A program made the position numbers and the translations under genes. Positions 56,035 through 64,000 of a stretch of 64,000 bases of DNA are shown here, one piece after another (within the stretch, counting starts at the first letter, position 1; each line of letters begins with the position of its first letter). This DNA is from an uncultured Victivallales bacterium (GTDB lineage: Bacteria; Verrucomicrobiota; Kiritimatiellia; UBA8416; CAYSRM01), in contig CAYSRM010000001.1 in the NCBI GenBank assembly GCA_964433435.1, positions 1,941 to 65,940 on the forward strand. Direction: 5' to 3'. The notes beneath the pieces are model-generated. The model saw only the letters and a program-made list of their open reading frames with translations, ran no database searches and was not told the origin of the DNA.

Positions 56035-57938
56035 CAGCGCTCGAAATATGTATAACCGTCCAGAGCTTCGATGAACGCATTCATTATGGCGTCTTTGTCC
56101 GTTTGCCCGTTTATTTCGTCGGCATTGACAAGGGACCGGAGGCTGTTTTCCACCTGGTTGCGATTGTATCCCACATCTTCGAGTACAGCGCCGACTACAG
56201 CGCCGGGGAGTTCGCGGTTATAGGTAACTCGTCCATCTTTGTCAGCGGAGACATGCACAACATTGATCTCTCCGAGCAGGTTATGCAGGTCGCCGAGCGT
56301 TTCCTGGTATGCGCCGACGAGGAATATGCCGAGGTAGTATTCCTCGTCATTAAGTTCATGAAGTTTGAGCGTGGATGAGCGCCTGCCGGCCATGGCGAAG
56401 CGATTGAGTATGCCGTCGGAATCACATGTGATATCTGCAATCACCGCGTTCCTTTCCGGTTTTTCCTGAAGGCGATGTACAGGCATAACCGGGAAGACCT
56501 GATCGATTGCCCAGGAATCCGGCAGAGATTGAAAGAGGCTGAAGTTTCCGTAGTAAACGTCGGGGAGGGCGGGTTCAAGTTTTCTCAGAGCTTGCGGCAC
56601 GTATTCCTGTTCGCCGGACGCGGTGGAGATTCTCTGTATTATGTTCCAGAAAGTGTCTTCTGCATACGCCTTTTCTTCCATTGATATTTCACCGAGGATA
56701 AACTGTTCCCTGACCTGGTCTCTGTAATAGACGGCATCGTTGAATGCTTCCTGCAGGTGTCCGGGCCTGATATATTCAAAGGCTTCGAAGAGGCTTTCTG
56801 TTGCGCGGGAACATCGGAAGGCCGGATGTTCGTTCCGGGTGCGGGGTTTAAAGCTTCTGGTATGAAGAACATTGAAAACCAGCACTGAATGGGATGCCAC
56901 TGTAGCTCTTCCTGATTCGCTCACGATGTCGGGATGTTCTATTCCAGCTGTTTCCGAGACATTTTTTATGATGTCTACGACATCCGCGGCATACTCTATT
57001 AATGAGTAGTTTCTGCTTCCCGGGTCGTTGGCTTTTGCGCCGGTGTAGTCTACCGCCAGGCCGCCGCCAACATTTATCACCTGCATATGAGCCCCCATGC
57101 GGGCCATCTCGGCGTAGAACCGGACGGCTTCTTTAAGGGCGGTGCGAATTCGTGTAATGTCTGATATCTGGCTACCAATGTGATAGTGGAGCATCTTGAG
57201 GTTGTTGAGCATTGCTGCCGACCTGAGTTTTTCTACGGCTTCTATGATCTGCGACGCGGTCATTCCGAACTTGCCTTCGTCGCCAGAGGACTTGTCCCAG
57301 TGTCCTCCTGAAGTGCTGGAGAGCTTGACCCGGATTCCCAGATTGGGTTGAACATCAAGCTGTTTGGACCTGTTGATTATGGTGTGCAATTCCGCAGGCA
57401 TTTCGACAATTATGAAGACGCGCAATCCGAGAGATGTTGCATAAAGTGCAAGATCTATAAATTCCTGGTCTTTGTAGCCGTTGCAGATGATCATCGAATT
57501 TTTGCCGGAGACATGCGCTATAGCCGCGAGCAGTTCGGCCTTGCTTCCGGCTTCCAGTCCGTGGCTGAACGGGTGGCCGAACTCGACTATATCTTTAAGT
57601 ACCTGTTGCTTCTGGTTTACCTTGATCGGGTACACCGCGTGATAACTGCCATTGTATGACGCTTCGGATATGGCCATGGAGAAGCAGTTGTGCAGGCGTT
57701 TTATTTGTGCATCAAGTATATCATCGAAACGAAGCAGCATTGGCAGATTCAGGCCGCGGCCGGCAAGGTTTTTTACGGTATCGGCGATACTGATGCAGCC
57801 GCGGTTCCCGTTATCAAAGGGTTTGACTATCACATCTCCTGAAGGTGAGACATCAAAACAACCTTCTCCCCAGAGGCCGAGGCCGTAAAGCTCGGCGGAA
57901 TGTTGCGTGGACCATTCTTTGTGGGAGTAGGCAGACAT
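56034..57938 (-). CDS. speA: Biosynthetic arginine decarboxylase (PLP, fold III)
   Basis: 634 aa, …YPIKVNQ… PLP-lysine region, SpeA-type C-terminal domain. Confidence 0.9.
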   Translation of the reverse strand: MSAYSHKEWSTQHSAELYGLGLWGEGCFDVSPSGDVIVKPFDNGNRGCISIADTVKNLAGRGLNLPMLLRFDDILDAQIKRLHNCFSMAISEASYNGSYHAVYPIKVNQKQQVLKDIVEFGHPFSHGLEAGSKAELLAAIAHVSGKNSMIICNGYKDQEFIDLALYATSLGLRVFIIVEMPAELHTIINRSKQLDVQPNLGIRVKLSSTSGGHWDKSSGDEGKFGMTASQIIEAVEKLRSAAMLNNLKMLHYHIGSQISDITRIRTALKEAVRFYAEMARMGAHMQVINVGGGLAVDYTGAKANDPGSRNYSLIEYAADVVDIIKNVSETAGIEHPDIVSESGRATVASHSVLVFNVLHTRSFKPRTRNEHPAFRCSRATESLFEAFEYIRPGHLQEAFNDAVYYRDQVREQFILGEISMEEKAYAEDTFWNIIQRISTASGEQEYVPQALRKLEPALPDVYYGNFSLFQSLPDSWAIDQVFPVMPVHRLQEKPERNAVIADITCDSDGILNRFAMAGRRSSTLKLHELNDEEYYLGIFLVGAYQETLGDLHNLLGEINVVHVSADKDGRVTYNRELPGAVVGAVLEDVGYNRNQVENSLRSLVNADEINGQTDKDAIMNAFIEALDGYTYFER

Positions 57939-57939
57939 G

Positions 57940-58785
57940 TTATCTTAAGAAATTATTGAAAGGCCTGTCTTTTCTATTGGGCCTGATTCCGCTTCGTGTT
58001 CCCGGTCCGTCTTCATAAGGCGGCGGACCAATCATAACCTCATCGTCATTATTTTCGTTTTGCCGGCCATATGCCCCGATATTCCATCCGTAATGTTTAG
58101 CGGCTTCCTGCATCTGAACCATTTTATATTCGTTGCCGGCCATGATGTATACAAAGAAAGCTATTGCTATCAGTATCGGGTTGAACGGATGTATAGCATA
58201 GATTCCGAAAAGAACTGCAATGATTTTTCCCAGTTGCGCAGCTACATAAGTAGCCTTGAGCCGCCCCATTTTTCGCGATAGCAGTGAACGGAAAACCCGC
58301 CCCCCGTCCATCGGAAATGCAGGGATGAGGTTGAAGAATGCCAGAACGAGATTCAACAACCCAAGTAATTCAACTATATTGATTTTTGCAGGCGCCATTG
58401 CCTGCATGGCCGGGAGTGGCAGAAGGCTGCCTCCTAATATGCCGCAGGCGCCGAGAAACAGACTCACCAGAGGGCCTGTTACAGCCATCAGAAGCTCGTC
58501 TTTCGGACGGGTAGGGATGCTTTCCATTTGGGCGGCTCCTCCCAGAAGAAGCAATGTAATCTCTCGCACTTTGCAACCCTTTTTTATGGCTACAAAAGAG
58601 TGCCCGAGTTCATGCAGAGCTATGCTTATGACAAGCCCGGCAGCAAAGAACAGTCCGTATAAGAATCTAAATTGAATGATAGATATGGTTGCAAGTACCA
58701 CCAGGGATATGTGGACTTTCAGGGGAATGCCCATTACTGTTAAAACTCTGTATGAAGATTTAAACATACTTCTTAATTCTCTCAC
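57940..58785 (-). CDS. M50-family site-2 protease-like membrane metallopeptidase
   Basis: HELGH zinc motif in a TM helix, polytopic, downstream …FPMDGG… motif. Confidence 0.78.
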   Translation of the reverse strand: MRELRSMFKSSYRVLTVMGIPLKVHISLVVLATISIIQFRFLYGLFFAAGLVISIALHELGHSFVAIKKGCKVREITLLLLGGAAQMESIPTRPKDELLMAVTGPLVSLFLGACGILGGSLLPLPAMQAMAPAKINIVELLGLLNLVLAFFNLIPAFPMDGGRVFRSLLSRKMGRLKATYVAAQLGKIIAVLFGIYAIHPFNPILIAIAFFVYIMAGNEYKMVQMQEAAKHYGWNIGAYGRQNENNDDEVMIGPPPYEDGPGTRSGIRPNRKDRPFNNFLR

Positions 58786-59054
58786 GCGCAGATGGCTTAT
58801 GTCTAGCTTGATCTATTAGTGTTCAAGCAGTTCTCAGGTGTAGCGTGCGCTTGCAGGTCTATCTTTGGCTCATAGATCAGATGCCACAACTCTACATTTG
58901 GACGCAGCGCACATAATGCGAATTATTTGAGCTGATGCGCGCGCTTCCGCAGGCACTGTGTGTGCAGACAGTCCTTCCCTCCGAGGCACGGATGGAGGTT
59001 CTACCTGGTGGCAGTGTTATGATGTTTGTTTTGCGGTACACTGTAAAAGCTGTT

Positions 59055-59672
59055 TTACTCTGTGGGCGGAATTATCTGATGCGCTTCGAGATATTCCAGC
59101 ACTTTTTCAGCGCTTTCTTCCACCGTTTCCCTGTCGGTGTTAACGGTGATTTCCGCATGCGGGGGGGCTTCATAGGGCGCATCGACTCCGGTAAACTCTT
59201 TTATTTCGCCTGCCCTGGCTTTCTTGTACAGCCCTTTAGGGTCGCGCTCCTCGCAGACTGAAAGTGCGCAGTTGCAATAGACTTCGAGGAAGCGACCTGA
59301 CGGATTGTGTTCGCGGGCGATATTTCTGTCGCTCATGTAAGGTGAAATGAAGGCTGTCATAACGATTACGCCGGCATTTTCGAAGAGCGCGGCAATTTCG
59401 CCTATTCTGCGAATGTTTTCGTGCCTGTCTTCCGGGCTGAATCCGAGGTCTTTATTAAGACCGTGGCGCACGTTGTCGCCATCCAGAACATACGAGTGGT
59501 GGCCGCGTTCATTGAGGAGAGCATCAACCGCGTTTGCCAGCGTTGACTTTCCTGACCCTGACAGGCCGGTAAACCAAAGGACAGCGCCGTGGTGGCCTAT
59601 AACTTTTGCCCGGTCTGCGGGTGTGACTTTGCCTTCGTGCCATGTGATATTTGTAGCTTTGCGTTGAACCAT
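59055..59672 (-). CDS. cysC: Adenylyl-sulfate (APS) kinase
   Basis: P-loop GLSGSGKST, …[12 protein letters not shown]…, …FISPY…. 205 aa. Confidence 0.95.
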   Translation of the reverse strand: MVQRKATNITWHEGKVTPADRAKVIGHHGAVLWFTGLSGSGKSTLANAVDALLNERGHHSYVLDGDNVRHGLNKDLGFSPEDRHENIRRIGEIAALFENAGVIVMTAFISPYMSDRNIAREHNPSGRFLEVYCNCALSVCEERDPKGLYKKARAGEIKEFTGVDAPYEAPPHAEITVNTDRETVEESAEKVLEYLEAHQIIPPTE

Positions 59673-59687
59673 TGTTTTGCCTCGTAT

Positions 59688-60875
59688 CTACTTTGCCTTT
59701 TTGTAATAATCCATTAGAACGTCGAGTACTTCCGGCCTGCTGAATTCTGCCGGCGGCTTTTCTCCTGCAGCCAGCATTTCACGAAGGTTTGTTCCGCTAA
59801 TCATGATTCTGTCTTCCTTGGGGTGTGGACAGGTTTTGGTCGAAGCCATTCCGTAGCACTTCCTGCACCAGAAAGTCCAGTCAATCTTCAACGGTTTGAT
59901 CTGGAGTTCTGAGCTGTCGAATTCGTCAAAGATGTTCTGTGCGTCGAACGGGCCGTAGTAGTCTCCGACTCCCGCATGGTCTCTTCCGATAACAAGATGG
60001 CTGCAACCGTAGTTCTGGCGGAAAATAGCGTGCAGCACAGCTTCTCTGGGGCCTCCATATCTCATTTCCATTGGGTAGACTTTGCATACCACTCTGTCTT
60101 TGGGATAGTAGCCTTCGAGCAGCACCTCGTAGCATTTCATGCGCACTTCAGCAGGAATATCGCCTTTTTTAAGTTTACCGACAAGCGGGTGGAGGAGGAG
60201 GCCGTCGCATACCTCCATGGCGATCTTGGTGCAGTATTCGTGCGATCTGTGTAGCGGGTTCCTCGTTTGAAAAGCTGCAACAGTTTTCCATCCTTTATTT
60301 TTGAAAATCTCTCTTGTTTCAGCAGGGCGGGCATAGTAGTTGCCGTAGGTTTCGGGATACTTGCCTTCCGAAAAGGCCTTTACGGTGCCGCCGAGCAGCA
60401 CATCTCCCTGGGCATACACCTTAGCGACGCCGGGATGTTCTTTATCCGTGGTGCCGAATACGCATTGGGCTTCGGTTTTTTTGTCGTATTCATATTTCTC
60501 TTCGACTGTAAGAGACCCCATGATTTTACCTGTATCATCGTCCACAAGGGCGACTTCGCTGCCGGTTTCGATTTCATCAGCCTGTTCCTTGGAGACTGCC
60601 AGTGTTATGGGTATTGGCCAAAGCAGTCCGTCCTGCATTCGCATATCCTGGACAACGGATTTGTAATCCTGGCTGCACATGAAGCCTTTCAAGGGGCTGA
60701 ACGCTCCGCAGGCCAGCATAATCAGGTCGGAGGTTTCACGTGATGACATCCGGACTTTTTGCATTGATCCGGTTTTTTTCGTCTCAACTTCAAGTTCCTC
60801 GCCTTCGATGATAAGAGGTCGAAGTTCGCCTCCGTGCGGTGAAACTAGCATCGACTGAGTTTCTTCTGAATTCAT
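59688..60875 (-). CDS. sat: Sulfate adenylyltransferase (homo-oligomeric ATP sulfurylase, Sat type)
   Basis: [11 protein letters not shown] and GRDHAG motifs. Confidence 0.9.
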   Translation of the reverse strand: MNSEETQSMLVSPHGGELRPLIIEGEELEVETKKTGSMQKVRMSSRETSDLIMLACGAFSPLKGFMCSQDYKSVVQDMRMQDGLLWPIPITLAVSKEQADEIETGSEVALVDDDTGKIMGSLTVEEKYEYDKKTEAQCVFGTTDKEHPGVAKVYAQGDVLLGGTVKAFSEGKYPETYGNYYARPAETREIFKNKGWKTVAAFQTRNPLHRSHEYCTKIAMEVCDGLLLHPLVGKLKKGDIPAEVRMKCYEVLLEGYYPKDRVVCKVYPMEMRYGGPREAVLHAIFRQNYGCSHLVIGRDHAGVGDYYGPFDAQNIFDEFDSSELQIKPLKIDWTFWCRKCYGMASTKTCPHPKEDRIMISGTNLREMLAAGEKPPAEFSRPEVLDVLMDYYKKAK

Positions 60876-61339
60876 AAGTTAACAACTCCATTTTTTTCGT
60901 ATTTTGAAAGTCTGGAATATCCTCTTTAATGTTGGAGTATGCAAGGAAAAGTTTATGCGTCGGGCAATTGGTTTGGATGCTTGCCGCAGCGTGTAAGATT
61001 GAGCAGACTGCCGCACCTGATGCAGGTCCGCTTGAGGCGGGAAAGGCTGCTAGCCCGCATATCTCACAGAATTCCTGCTGCGAGCGCGGATAGCGCCACT
61101 GCGACGGCACGAATTGACAAAATGCCAGATTGCAGTATGTCTATACGGCTGCTCCGGCGTTTCACCAATTGGCGCCCCCGCGGCAGCGCTTTCCACGCTC
61201 TTCCGCCGGATGGCGGACAGGCTACTACGAAATCCTGTGAATGGTTGATCTTGCGGCATCGTTGTCGCGATCATTGTCTTGATTTTCGTCGACAAGGACC
61301 GGGATAAAGATTGGGACGAAGATAGGGGAGCGGTCCGTG

Positions 61340-61903
61340 TTATGTTTTATGTTTCTGGCGGTGTAGCGAGGGGGCGGTCTGGCTGGCCATGCTTTGAATA
61401 TCCAGGTCGATGTCGAGGAACTGTTGGATTTTTTCTGCCCATTTCGTGGGAGATTCCAGTATTGATAGATAGGGACAAAGCAGAACCTGCATGTTGCCTT
61501 GTTTTGCCAGCCAGGCATGCAGCCTGGCCAGATGCTGCAGGAAATGCTGTTTCATTGCCCCGTCTTGCATTGCCCTGGTTTTACCGGAACGATCAAGCAT
61601 TTGTGCCTGGGATGCCAGGATCTGATCCAGCGGTCTTTGCATAAAGATGATTCCGTACTTATGTTCCGGAGGTAATTCGTACAGAAGCGGTGAGACTATT
61701 TTCAGGGCTTTCTCTTCGGCCACGCCCAGCCAGCTGTTATTTTTACTCAGACGCTTTGCCGGTTCGTACTCGTAATACCCTCTTGGATTGTCCTCGTTTG
61801 GCTCACGGACGTTATCGGTTAGAATTTCAAGCCCTCCGGCTTTCAGCATTTGCATCATCATCGAAGTGCCCGACCGCGGCAGTCCTGAAACTATTGTTAT
61901 CAT
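61340..61903 (-). CDS. Small sulfotransferase-family protein (P-loop PAPS-binding type)
   Basis: N-terminal 5'-PSB-like loop …IVSGLPRSGTSMM… and a small α/β fold (187 aa). Adjacent to sat-cysC. Confidence 0.55.
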   Translation of the reverse strand: MITIVSGLPRSGTSMMMQMLKAGGLEILTDNVREPNEDNPRGYYEYEPAKRLSKNNSWLGVAEEKALKIVSPLLYELPPEHKYGIIFMQRPLDQILASQAQMLDRSGKTRAMQDGAMKQHFLQHLARLHAWLAKQGNMQVLLCPYLSILESPTKWAEKIQQFLDIDLDIQSMASQTAPSLHRQKHKT

Positions 61904-61939
61904 GCATCAAGTCTTACATCAGTGGCCGGAACAGGGCAA

Positions 61940-62080
61940 GATGATAAAATAGGAGGATGCTGGTTTCTGGATGCTGGTTTCTGGATGCTGGGGGCTCAGA
62001 TCTTCTGCGCAGAACTTACGAGTTCAGATTCTGATCGCAATCGACTTTCTGCGCAAAACCGATTACGATTACGAACTGCG
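61940..62080. repeat. Cluster of short direct repeats in the divergent sulfotransferase / vanZ-like intergenic region
   Basis: GATGCTGGTTTCTG x2 (+ partial), TTCTGCGCA(G/A)AAC x2, GATTACGA x2 read directly. Confidence 0.6.
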
Positions 62081-62167
62081 GTGGGGCAGATGCCATGCAT
62101 CCATTTTAAAATAGGGCTTTTTAGACGGAATCAATGATACGCGGCTGACTGGGGCGGGGAATGCTTT

Positions 62168-62578
62168 ATGAAAAGGAAAGACAAAATAGACGGCCACGGC
62201 ACAGGCGTTAACGTCAGCAGGATTGTTTCTGTTGTATATCTGATTATTATTCTGCTTGTATCTGTGCTGGAAACGCCGTCGACCGGCAGCATGCATGCTA
62301 TACCTTTTGGCGACAAGATCGCGCATTTTGTAATGTATGCGATTATGGGGATTTTATTTGTCAGGTCGCTTGAACCTGCTTCGCGATGTCGAATACGGAA
62401 CATGATATTTGTTGTGATTGTGTGTTCACTTTGCGGAGGCTTGCTGGAGGTTGTCCAGGGTGTTCTGACAATCACGCGGGAGCCTTCGTTTGGCGATGCG
62501 ATGGCAAATCTCCTTGGGGCTGCAGCCGGCGCTTTTCCGGCAGGCGGCTATGAGGGGGATAGGGCTCATATTGTGTGA
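62168..62578 (+). CDS. VanZ-like small membrane protein
   Basis: Four predicted TM helices, size and hydropathy typical of the VanZ family. Weak call. Confidence 0.45.
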   Translation: MKRKDKIDGHGTGVNVSRIVSVVYLIIILLVSVLETPSTGSMHAIPFGDKIAHFVMYAIMGILFVRSLEPASRCRIRNMIFVVIVCSLCGGLLEVVQGVLTITREPSFGDAMANLLGAAAGAFPAGGYEGDRAHIV

Positions 62579-62664
62579 AGAAATGACGGCGCGGAGCACC
62601 GTCCTACGGGGGATGGTGGGGGGATGAACGCGGAAGGTCATTTAATGAGGAGGATTGTTCTTTT

Positions 62665-63939
62665 ATGGAAGTTCTATCAGTTGTACTTATGGCGGTGACG
62701 ATTGTTTTTCTGTTGATTCTTATTTTCAGGCGCTCTTCAAACGACCTGCCGGATCTTAAAGCAAGGGTGAACTCAATCTATGAGGCTCAGGAACGCATTG
62801 CGAGAGATGTGCGCGAAGAAATCGGGCGCAACCGGGAAGAAACCCTGAGCCAGCTCAGGGGGTTCAATGACTCAATAGTCAGGAATATCGCCGAAAGCTC
62901 GGGCGCTCAGAATTCGAGAATGGAAAAACTGACCAGGTCGAATGAAGAGCGCATGGAACGGCTGGAAAGTAAAGTTGAGCAGAAACTTATGAAGCTACAG
63001 GAAGATAACGCAAAAAGACTCGAAGAGATGCGCAAGACCGTTGATGAACAACTACAGGGGACTCTCGAAAAAAGACTGGGTGAATCTTTTAAAATGGTTG
63101 GGGAACGGCTCGATCAGGTGCACAAGGGTCTCGGTGAGATGCAATCGCTGGCAAATGGGGTAGGAGATCTCAAGAAGGTTCTGGCAAACGTGAAAACCCG
63201 CGGAACGTGGGGCGAAATCCAATTAGCGAATCTTCTGGACCAGATCCTGGCTCCAGACCAGTACGCACACAACGTTCAGACAAAAGAGGGCAGTGACCAG
63301 CGCGTGGAATTTGCTATTCGTCTGCCGGGTAAAGATGAAATGGAGGACGAACATGTCTGGTTACCCATAGACGCAAAATATCCGCGCGAGGATTACGAAA
63401 GGCTTATAGATGCCTCAGACAGGGGTGATTCTGCGGCCGTTGAAAGTGCGTCTAAAAACATAGAACAGAGAATTAAAGCGGAGGCCCGGCAGATAAGGGA
63501 TAAATACCTTAATCCGCCGCAAACCACGGATTTCGCGATAATGTTTCTTCCAATAGAAGGCTTGTACGGTGAAGCGCTCCGCCGACCCGGTCTTGTAGAA
63601 CACCTTCAGAAAGAGTACAAGGTCAACATTGCGGGGCCTACTACTCTGGCAGCGTTGCTCAACAGCTTGCAAATGGGATTCAGAACTCTGGCCATCCAGA
63701 AACGCAGCAGCGAAGTATGGACGTTGCTCGGAGCTGTCAAAACGCAGTTCGGCAAATTTGAAGAAGTGATAAGCAAAGTCCAGAAGAAACTTAATGAAGC
63801 AAGCAATGCCATAGAAAGCGATATCGCACGCCGTACCAGGGCAATTGAACGGCGCCTTCGTAGTGTTGACGCCATGCCCGCGCCGGAAACAGACAAATTT
63901 CTCGATTCCGGCGAAGAAGGATACGAAGAAAAAAAATGA
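62665..63939 (+). CDS. rmuC: DNA recombination protein RmuC
   Basis: N-terminal TM anchor, long coiled coil, C-terminal RmuC nuclease-like domain (…TDFAIMFLPIEGLY…). Confidence 0.82.
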   Translation: MEVLSVVLMAVTIVFLLILIFRRSSNDLPDLKARVNSIYEAQERIARDVREEIGRNREETLSQLRGFNDSIVRNIAESSGAQNSRMEKLTRSNEERMERLESKVEQKLMKLQEDNAKRLEEMRKTVDEQLQGTLEKRLGESFKMVGERLDQVHKGLGEMQSLANGVGDLKKVLANVKTRGTWGEIQLANLLDQILAPDQYAHNVQTKEGSDQRVEFAIRLPGKDEMEDEHVWLPIDAKYPREDYERLIDASDRGDSAAVESASKNIEQRIKAEARQIRDKYLNPPQTTDFAIMFLPIEGLYGEALRRPGLVEHLQKEYKVNIAGPTTLAALLNSLQMGFRTLAIQKRSSEVWTLLGAVKTQFGKFEEVISKVQKKLNEASNAIESDIARRTRAIERRLRSVDAMPAPETDKFLDSGEEGYEEKK

Positions 63940-64000
63940 GTATAAACAATACACAACCAGCGGCAGAATCTCCCTTCTATCCCGTGGACATTGACAGGTT

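Noticed and set aside
60939-61307. 122-aa plus-strand ORF in the sat / sulfotransferase gap (and minus-strand ORFs 61050..61295, 60790..61110)
   Set aside because: Arg-rich low-complexity translations with no recognisable motifs. One overlaps the sat start. Likely non-coding. A real gene of under 60 aa cannot be excluded.
62579-62664. Possible small ORF or regulatory element between the vanZ-like gene and rmuC
   Set aside because: 86 bp with an obvious RBS (GAGGAGG) for rmuC and nothing else notable.

Overview
This 64-kb window is a chromosomal housekeeping segment from a diderm (outer-membrane-bearing) bacterium; markers include bamA, skp, lpxD and exbBD. GC content looks moderate by eye. 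I can support about 58 protein-coding genes, two tRNAs (Gly-TCC, Gln-TTG) and one 5' tRNA fragment.

Recognised gene content, in order:
- purA 3' fragment, then uppS, cdsA, dxr, rseP, ispG, rpsA, tyrS, uvrA.
- a TPR protein, exbB, exbD and a TonB-like protein.
- hisD, hisC, hisB and, after a repeat insertion, hisA; an M16 peptidase and comEC.
- a PAP2/redoxin-like fusion on the minus strand.
- ctpA-like, tsaD, the tRNAs, ispE, prs, rplY, pth, rpsF, ssb, rpsR, rplI, dnaB.
- bamA, skp, lpxD, galE, a CinA-like domain, recA and a short alaS.
- two paralogous lipoproteins on the minus strand.
- a SurA-like gene, rsmA and mutS.
- pgsA-like, tsf and rpsB on the minus strand; pgi.
- speB, speA, an M50 peptidase, cysC, sat and a sulfotransferase on the minus strand.
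- a vanZ-like gene and rmuC.

Genes sit in long co-directional blocks, about 24 kb and then 18 kb on the plus strand, with many 1-4 nt start/stop overlaps.

I found no phage genes, IS elements, transposases, integrases, CRISPR arrays or recognisable defence genes. The unusual material is almost entirely non-coding:
1. A modular, mosaic intergenic repeat family in at least four intergenic sites (408-705, 5297-5378, 20672-20930, 47521-47618). Copy 1 has inverted-repeat termini and a 10-bp palindromic hairpin module, and copy 3 splits hisB from hisA.
2. A 5' tRNA-Gly fragment just upstream of the intact tRNA-Gly, whose downstream junction resembles one repeat module.
3. A roughly 230-nt tyrS leader that ends in a 12-bp hairpin plus U-tract just before the RBS, consistent with an attenuator and possibly a T-box.
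4. A roughly 680-bp stretch between rpsB and pgi with no ORF of 60 aa or more, carrying a long nested inverted-repeat structure and a Fur-box-like palindrome.
5. A near-perfect 50-bp palindrome between the lipoprotein pair and the SurA-like gene.
6. A sat-cysC-sulfotransferase cluster with no sulfate-reduction genes in the window, consistent with a dedicated PAPS/sulfation pathway.

All calls come from reading the six-frame translations and the nucleotide sequence. No database search was possible.
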